Positions 57,455 through 64,000 of a stretch of 64,000 bases of DNA are shown here, piece after piece. This DNA comes from Pseudomonadota bacterium (lineage in GTDB: Bacteria > Campylobacterota > Campylobacteria > Campylobacterales > Sulfurimonadaceae), in the NCBI GenBank assembly GCA_043797085.1, contig JAZDQA010000012.1, forward strand, positions 64,001-128,000, given 5' to 3'. Below the pieces are notes generated by a model that was not told where the DNA came from, did no database searches, and saw only the letters and a program-made list of their open reading frames with translations. The translations under genes were made by a program, and so were the position numbers. Each line of letters opens with the position of its first letter. The stretch's first letter is position 1.

Positions 57455-60441
57455 CAGAGAACCTTTGGCTTAGCAGTTCGTAAATAGTGTAATACCGTAG
57501 CAATCAAATCATCATCATCTTTGCTTTTACTCTGCAAACTCTCTTTTGAACCATTTAAATATTCGATACCAATGTTTTGATTGTAATTACTCACTGTTTT
57601 AATTTTTTTCTCGATACACAACAGCTTCATGACCATAATCTCAAAAAACTGCTTTGTCGCAATGTCAGGCTTACCGAAACGGTCTTCGACCTCTTCGAGT
57701 ATCTCATACACTTCACTGGGTGCTTCGCAATGACTTAGGCGACGATAGAGTTCAAGCCGCAAACGATCCTCATGAACTACATCATCACTAATAAAGGCAC
57801 TGATCGTGAGCTTAATATCCACTTTGGCACGCACAGCAGTCGTTTGATTCGTGAGAATTTTAATCGCATCTTCCAGCATCCGCAGGTAGAGGGAATAACC
57901 GATGTTTTTAATATGACCGCTTTGAGCATCACCGACAAGATTTCCACCGCCGCGGATTTCAAGATCATGATACGCCAACATCGAACCGCTTCCCAAAAAT
58001 GAGTTTGATTCGAGTGCTACAAGCCGTTTTTTTGCCTCTTCGGTCAAATGGTCTTTGTCATCAACGATAAAGTACGCATACCCCTCGATATGCCCGCGTC
58101 CAACACGTCCGCGAAGCTGATGTAAATCTGCCATCCCAAAACGATCCGCCCCGTCGATAATCATCGTATTAACCGTAGGCATATGGATGCCCGATTCGAT
58201 AATCGACGTCGCAAGCAATACATCATACTCCCTATTGGCAAACTTCGCTAACTCCTCTTCTGTTTTTGTTGCACCGATTTGTGAATGAAGGATCAAAATA
58301 CGTAAATTTGGCAAGATCGCTTTGAGCTCTCCAGATTTAATAATCATCGAGTCAATCGAGTTATGGACATAAAAAAGTTGCCCGCCACGACGAAGCTCAC
58401 GTAAAATGACCTCTTTGATAAGCTTCTCATCGTAATTTTTCACAAATGTACGCACCCCTAACCTCTCGCTTGGAGGAGTTAAAAGTTCTGACATTGTCTT
58501 AATCGAACTCATAGCTTGATTCAAACTTCGTGGAATCGGGGTCGCACTCATGGAGAGGAGATGGACGTTTTCATAGAGTGATTTGAGCTTCTCTTTTTGT
58601 TTGACCCCAAACTTGTGCTCTTCATCGATGATAACCAACCCAAGCTTCAAACAACTCACCCCAAACAGCGCATGGGTTCCAACCACACAATCTATCTCTC
58701 CGCTTGACAAAGCTTTTAAAGTAGCGGTTTTTTCTTTGGCACTGACAAAGCGATCAAGCTTGGCAACACGCAGACCAAATGCACCTAAACGCTCTTGCAA
58801 GGATTTAAAATGCTGTGAACTAAGAAGGGTTGTAGGGACAACAAGAAGGGACTGGTATCCACCGCGAGCTGCCGCAAAAATAGCATTCATCGCTACCTCT
58901 GTTTTTCCAAATCCAACGTCCCCGCTTAATAACCGATCCATGATCTGTCCTGAGGATATATCGTTTATAATAGAACTAATCGCACTGGACTGATCTGCGG
59001 TATAGTCAAATCCTGCACCTGCTTGAAAGCGCTTCAACTCACCCGCATCGACATTCAATCTAGGGGCTTTTATGAGGGCACGACTTGCCGCGATTCCCAC
59101 AATTTCAGAAGCGATTTCAAAAAGTCGCGCCTTGACCGATTCTTTGAGTTTTCCGAAACTTCCTTTGCCCAGTCTATCAAGCACCGGCAAGGACCCTGAG
59201 GCAATATAGCGATCAATCGTATCGAGATTTTCGACAGGAAGGAGGAGCTTATCGTCCCCCATGTATTTGATAACAACAAGATCTTTAATCCCACCGAGAA
59301 TTTCAGCTTGCTCAATCCCCTCAAATATCCCGACTCCATACTCTTCGTGGACAACATAGTCCCCTACTTTTAAATCATCAAGAAGAATAGACGTTTTACG
59401 GCGACGACGCTTTTTCTCATGTCGGTTAAGTGAGATTATCACCTCATCCGAACTGATCAGATTAAGGACAATTCCTGAAGTTTTAATCGTTAAATCTTTA
59501 GTGTCAAAAATTCCTGCTGATTTAAGCTGTGTATCACTGGCGACAATAAGGGTGAATTTTTTGTTTTTATGAACGCTTTGCAATGTTTGAAAATTAGGAG
59601 CTATCAGGGATTTATAACGCACTGCATCAGCGATAATGTCAGTTTCTAAATGCGTACGCAAAATAAGTGGAAAATCCAATCCATACGACTCATCCAACAG
59701 CGATTTCATTTCGTGAAGACGCAAAAGTGATTTACCCTGAGTAAAATCAGTCCCCTCTTCTCCCAAAACCCAAAATCCAAGAGATGCCATATCTTTGACA
59801 AAACTGTCGCTTTGCGCATTTGAAATAGCCTTATCAAACCGTTTTCCCTGTTCTTCATCCAGTGAGAAAAAGGCACTGGTTACCTCGATGGAAGCGAGCT
59901 CTTCTTTTTGCGTTCGTTGTGTCTCAACGTCAAATGCTTTTATCTCTTCGATCTCATCATCAAACAAACTGATACGATAAGGATTTTCGGTATTGGGGAT
60001 AAAAATATCGAGAATGTCGCCTCGATGGGATACCTCACCCTCCATCTCCACCATATCGACAAACGTATACCCCCAGCGTAAAAGCGTTTCTTTGACACTT
60101 TTTAGGTCTATTCTGGAAGCAAATTCGATGGTCATACTTTGAAGTAAAGAAGCGTTTGGAAGAGGATAGAGCAATGTTTTCAAAGGTGAGATGATAAGCG
60201 GTTTTTTCGCAGAAGTATAATAGGTGCGCAATGCGGCAAACAGCGCAAACAACTCTTCATGAAAGGGGCGCAAGTCATCCATATAGGAGGCTCTAAAATC
60301 AGGAAAAACGAGAGTTTCTATCTCCAAATACTTTGCCACATCCGCAAGTTCACTCGCTTCTTTAGCATCTTCACACACGAGTATATCGCATCGTTTTTTG
60401 GGGTTATTTTTTAGATACTCATAAAATCGTGGTTGTGACAT
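57454..60441 (-). CDS. mfd: Transcription-repair coupling factor
   Basis: RGDILDIF, VVHEEYGVG, GDVGFGKTEVA, DEEH, QLRGRVGR and DLEIRGGGN. Confidence 0.96.
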   Translation of the reverse strand: MSQPRFYEYLKNNPKKRCDILVCEDAKEASELADVAKYLEIETLVFPDFRASYMDDLRPFHEELFALFAALRTYYTSAKKPLIISPLKTLLYPLPNASLLQSMTIEFASRIDLKSVKETLLRWGYTFVDMVEMEGEVSHRGDILDIFIPNTENPYRISLFDDEIEEIKAFDVETQRTQKEELASIEVTSAFFSLDEEQGKRFDKAISNAQSDSFVKDMASLGFWVLGEEGTDFTQGKSLLRLHEMKSLLDESYGLDFPLILRTHLETDIIADAVRYKSLIAPNFQTLQSVHKNKKFTLIVASDTQLKSAGIFDTKDLTIKTSGIVLNLISSDEVIISLNRHEKKRRRRKTSILLDDLKVGDYVVHEEYGVGIFEGIEQAEILGGIKDLVVIKYMGDDKLLLPVENLDTIDRYIASGSLPVLDRLGKGSFGKLKESVKARLFEIASEIVGIAASRALIKAPRLNVDAGELKRFQAGAGFDYTADQSSAISSIINDISSGQIMDRLLSGDVGFGKTEVAMNAIFAAARGGYQSLLVVPTTLLSSQHFKSLQERLGAFGLRVAKLDRFVSAKEKTATLKALSSGEIDCVVGTHALFGVSCLKLGLVIIDEEHKFGVKQKEKLKSLYENVHLLSMSATPIPRSLNQAMSSIKTMSELLTPPSERLGVRTFVKNYDEKLIKEVILRELRRGGQLFYVHNSIDSMIIKSGELKAILPNLRILILHSQIGATKTEEELAKFANREYDVLLATSIIESGIHMPTVNTMIIDGADRFGMADLHQLRGRVGRGHIEGYAYFIVDDKDHLTEEAKKRLVALESNSFLGSGSMLAYHDLEIRGGGNLVGDAQSGHIKNIGYSLYLRMLEDAIKILTNQTTAVRAKVDIKLTISAFISDDVVHEDRLRLELYRRLSHCEAPSEVYEILEEVEDRFGKPDIATKQFFEIMVMKLLCIEKKIKTVSNYNQNIGIEYLNGSKESLQSKSKDDDDLIATVLHYLRTAKPKVL

Positions 60442-61592
60442 TAATGGCTTTTCATCCTCTTTAAAAATGCTTCGGCAACACTGAATGAACCAAAGACTAA
60501 ATATTTATTTTTTTCTTTTATTTCGTTAAATAGACTATAGTCTATTCCTAATTCTCTCAATATAGATTCCAATAACTCTCTCTCTACGATACGAGCTTCA
60601 TCCACTTCAATGATTTCAACCAGCTCAATGATCGGCATTAAAATGGTTAGAATCTCTTTGTAATCTTTATCCGCATAGGTATTATAGATAAGCGTTACTT
60701 TTTGACCGCTAAACGCTTCGGCAATTGCACGTGCAGCAAGGGCATTATGCCCGACATCAAGGGTAATATTATCCTTGATTTTAGTCAGTCGTCCAAAAAG
60801 TGCATTTTGATCAAACAGCTCCTTTTGCGCTGTGTAACCCAAAATTTCAAAAGCTGACATTGCCAGTTCCAAATTATCGCGTAAATAATCACTGAGACCA
60901 TTTTTTATGGCAATTTGCAATGCGCGTTCCTTGATTTCAGAAGTTGCCATCCCATCAATGCATTTAATCTCGGTTTTTTTCTCATTCGCGATTTGACGAG
61001 CAATAATTTTGGTTTCGATATACGGCTGCTTACCCATCAACGCTACACTTTGCATACTTCGTAATTTTGTTGCGGCAATAGACTCTATGGTGTTCCCCAA
61101 AAAGGCACTGTGATCAAAATCAATGGGGGTAAAAATACTCAAGATTTTATCAAAAACATTGGTTGCATCGAATTCGCCACCAAGTCCGGCTTCGAGAACG
61201 ACGTAGTCACACTCTTCAAATACCACCATCGCAAGAAGTGTCGTATATTCAAAATAACTAAGAGAATCTGCACATTTAGACGTGAGCATGCTTAGGAGCT
61301 TTTGATGTGCATTCTCAAGTGATTCATCCGAAATCTCAGAACCATTCATCCATATCCGCTCATTAAAACGCACGATATGAGGAGAGGTATAATGTCCTGT
61401 TTTTTTTCCTGCACGATGCAAGGCTGTCGCTAAAAAACGACCGGTACTTCCCTTGCCATTCGTACCCACAACATGAATAATTTTTGGAATGGCTAAAAAA
61501 GATCGGATACTCTCATACGCTGCTGGAAACCGTGCATAATCAATAACATCATAAAAAAGAGGCTTAGAGCCAAGGAATTGAACTAATGTCAT
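60441..61592 (-). CDS. folC: Folylpolyglutamate synthase/dihydrofolate synthase
   Basis: VGTNGKGS, YTSPH, EAGLGGEFDATN and DVGHN. Confidence 0.94.
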   Translation of the reverse strand: MTLVQFLGSKPLFYDVIDYARFPAAYESIRSFLAIPKIIHVVGTNGKGSTGRFLATALHRAGKKTGHYTSPHIVRFNERIWMNGSEISDESLENAHQKLLSMLTSKCADSLSYFEYTTLLAMVVFEECDYVVLEAGLGGEFDATNVFDKILSIFTPIDFDHSAFLGNTIESIAATKLRSMQSVALMGKQPYIETKIIARQIANEKKTEIKCIDGMATSEIKERALQIAIKNGLSDYLRDNLELAMSAFEILGYTAQKELFDQNALFGRLTKIKDNITLDVGHNALAARAIAEAFSGQKVTLIYNTYADKDYKEILTILMPIIELVEIIEVDEARIVERELLESILRELGIDYSLFNEIKEKNKYLVFGSFSVAEAFLKRMKSH

Positions 61593-63124
61593 GCAGGCTC
61601 TACGCGATTACGCCCTTTTTTCTTTGCTGTATAAAGCTGCTCATCCGCACCAACGATAGTATTTCCAAGTGATGAATATTGGTCACGCTGTGCGATACCT
61701 GCGCTAACACTGAGCTTAATTCGCTTATCTTGATACATAAAATGAGCTTCTTCGACATGTTCACGTACTTTATTAGCAAATATTTTTGCCCCATCAACTG
61801 TAGTATCCCCCAATATAACAAGAAATTCTTCTCCGCCATATCGTCCTACTATATCATTGGTACGTGCTTCATCTTTGAGAATACGAGCAAATGCACGCAG
61901 AACCATATCTCCCGCTTCATGCCCATATGTGTCGTTGACTTGCTTGAAATGATCTAAATCAAACATCACAATGCAATACGTTCGACCATGACGTTCAAAT
62001 TCAGCCTCTTTATGCCCCATAAACTCATCAAGAGCCCGTTTATTATAAAGCTTGGTCAAAAAGTCCTCTCGTGAAGCGTATGTCGCTTGAGCTAATTCCT
62101 CTTCGAGTGCTGTAATTTTAGACCCCATTTGAATCACTTGTTCATTATGAAATTTTAAATCTTTACTTAATCCTTCAACTTTTTCTTCTAACGCACTTGC
62201 AATGGTATACAGTCGCTTGTGCGCTGTTTTAAAATCACTTGCTTTTTCTGATCCTAAACTTTCTAAATCTTTTTTTATTTCTTTAATTTCAACACTTGAC
62301 ATATCACTGCGTTCAATCAAATTAATAAGCTGTGCAGAGAGTTTGCCTAACAAAGTATCTAAAGAACGAATCATCTCATTCACACTTTTTTTATCCAATG
62401 CAATACGCATTGCAATCGCTGTTTTAATCTCATTCTCGAATTCATCATGAGCTATAAGTTCAGGATTGTCATATACTTTGCTCGCTAATGCAGCAAGTCC
62501 ATCATCCATCTTCGGAGCAATCGAAGGAGAGAGTCCTAAAATAAGGAATGAGGCTATTTTAGTGTAATCGCTTGAAGGAGAACTCGCTTGAGCTTGCTCT
62601 AAACCTTCAACCGTTTTTTTGAGATTAGCTCGATCTACATCCCCAAAAGAAGAGAGTTTCATCAAAAAAGTATCATCATACACACTCAAGAAATTTTCCC
62701 ATGCTTGCTTCAGTAATTCAAGCTGGGTTTTCCCCCCTTGTGCATCTAAAATTGTAACGGTCTTTTTTGCCAAAACCGATGCATCCGGATTATGAAGAAT
62801 ATCAATACTCTGAGCCATCGCACGTGAAAGTGCACTTAAAATATCCACTAACTGTGAGGCTTCCGTGGGATTTAGACGACTCATTTTAGAGATTAAAAAA
62901 CGGATCAATTCTGCAGTTGTTCTGACACGGTATTGCTTCACTTCTTCCAAGGTCTTTTTATCCAATAAAGGGGTGAATCGATCAATACCGCCACAGTCTT
63001 CTACTTGCACGCCCGCTTTTTTTGCTTCCATACAAAACGTTTGAGCATACACATCCGGTGTCCATACTTTACCTTCAGCTTTAAGCCGTTCTACCGTATT
63101 ACGTACAATTTGATTGATTGTCAC
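61589..63124 (-). CDS. Cytoplasmic diguanylate cyclase (GGDEF) with long helical N-terminus
   Basis: DFLTKLYN, DLDHFKQVNDTYGH, and an RTND I-site followed by GRYGGEEF. Confidence 0.92.
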   Translation of the reverse strand: MTINQIVRNTVERLKAEGKVWTPDVYAQTFCMEAKKAGVQVEDCGGIDRFTPLLDKKTLEEVKQYRVRTTAELIRFLISKMSRLNPTEASQLVDILSALSRAMAQSIDILHNPDASVLAKKTVTILDAQGGKTQLELLKQAWENFLSVYDDTFLMKLSSFGDVDRANLKKTVEGLEQAQASSPSSDYTKIASFLILGLSPSIAPKMDDGLAALASKVYDNPELIAHDEFENEIKTAIAMRIALDKKSVNEMIRSLDTLLGKLSAQLINLIERSDMSSVEIKEIKKDLESLGSEKASDFKTAHKRLYTIASALEEKVEGLSKDLKFHNEQVIQMGSKITALEEELAQATYASREDFLTKLYNKRALDEFMGHKEAEFERHGRTYCIVMFDLDHFKQVNDTYGHEAGDMVLRAFARILKDEARTNDIVGRYGGEEFLVILGDTTVDGAKIFANKVREHVEEAHFMYQDKRIKLSVSAGIAQRDQYSSLGNTIVGADEQLYTAKKKGRNRVEPA

Positions 63125-63126
63125 TG

Positions 63127-63633
63127 TTACTCCTTTGGAAGGTTTGAGCCTTGCGCTGCGACTTGAGCGATAAACACATCAATTGCTTTTTGTGAACTTT
63201 GTCGTATCGCTTCAAAACGAGACTGATCAGAGATAATCGCATTGGGCTCTATGTCAAAATCATACACACCTGATACCGAATAATGTCCCTTTGAAGCTTT
63301 CGAAACTCTCTCAACATTCATAGAAACCCTCGTTCGATACGTTATTATATATCCATTTGTGTCATAGCGCAATGGAAAAAATCCAACCGATGCTATCCGA
63401 AACTTCAAATGCGTTTGTGAACTGTTTTTGCCCACCAATGCAGTGCGAAATTTGGTAATAATCGCCGTATCAACAGCGTCTTTGATAATGACCGTATTTT
63501 GAGGATCTTCCATTGAGATAACTACCTCAGTGCTGACACTCTCCCCAACAATATTTTTGGCATAATGACTGGCAGGCGAGTAACCGCATCCTGTCATCAA
63601 AAAGAGAACTGCGCATGAGAGTAGAAATTTCAT
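63127..63633 (-). CDS. lptE: LPS assembly lipoprotein LptE-like
   Basis: Lipobox MTGCGY; directly downstream of leuS. Confidence 0.78.
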   Translation of the reverse strand: MKFLLSCAVLFLMTGCGYSPASHYAKNIVGESVSTEVVISMEDPQNTVIIKDAVDTAIITKFRTALVGKNSSQTHLKFRIASVGFFPLRYDTNGYIITYRTRVSMNVERVSKASKGHYSVSGVYDFDIEPNAIISDQSRFEAIRQSSQKAIDVFIAQVAAQGSNLPKE

Positions 63634-63635
63634 CC

Positions 63636-64000
63636 CTAACCTTTTATAACGAGATTGACGAGTTTTCCGGGGACAACAATCGATTTTACTATCTCTTTAT
63701 CTTCTAGCCATTTTTCAACAGAAGCTTTTGCTATTGCAATAATCTCTTCATCAGTAGTATTGACCCCTACTTCGATCGTGGCACGATTTTTTCCGTTTAC
63801 AGAAACACCCAATACAAGCGCATCCACTTCAAAGACCTCTTCAAGCACATGCTGAGGAGAAAGATTTTTTCCGCCAAAAAGAGTATGAGAAAGTTCCCAA
63901 CAAATATGAGGAACGATCGGTTCCATCACAGAACTAAGAATCCAATACCCCTCGCTCCATACATCCCGATTGGTTTGCTCGTTAAGGGCATTCATCGCTT
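63636..64000 (-). CDS. leuS: Leucine--tRNA ligase, C-terminal part (starts beyond the window)
   Basis: [18 protein letters not shown] and [14 protein letters not shown]. Confidence 0.93.
   Translation of the reverse strand, partial: AMNALNEQTNRDVWSEGYWILSSVMEPIVPHICWELSHTLFGGKNLSPQHVLEEVFEVDALVLGVSVNGKNRATIEVGVNTTDEEIIAIAKASVEKWLEDKEIVKSIVVPGKLVNLVIKG

Overview
This 64 kb window is chromosomal DNA from a Campylobacterota (Epsilonproteobacteria) bacterium. Gene order and protein style fit a Sulfuricurvum/Sulfurimonas-like sulfur oxidiser, which is inference only. Most of it is housekeeping: ilvC, the rpmH-rnpA-yidD-yidC-jag-mnmE-ruvX cluster, clpB, the RR/HK-surE-tcdA-greA-argC-lpxH-cheVAW-pepP run, feoAB, rho-murI-dnaX, and leuS(partial)-lptE-GGDEF-folC-mfd-rlmC. 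Accessory modules are a small tetraheme cytochrome c with extra Cys, a Tat-lipoprotein multicopper oxidase, a two-gene operon whose first product resembles a free all-alpha domain of DotL/IcmO-type coupling proteins, a FecR-OmpA-CHASE2 kinase/RR module, and a heavy-metal RND operon with a degenerate kinase. A variable stretch (about 46.6-54.2 kb) holds an ADP-ribosylhydrolase plus OvoA-type methyltransferase pair, a cold-shock gene, and two ywbE paralogues that bracket a TlpA-DUF4266-DUF3570-ApbE flavinylation cluster and a TatD-like pseudoenzyme. It ends with an AT-rich HEPN-like gene. I found no rRNA, tRNA, CRISPR array, transposase or integrase. All family calls come from motif recognition by eye, not from database searches.
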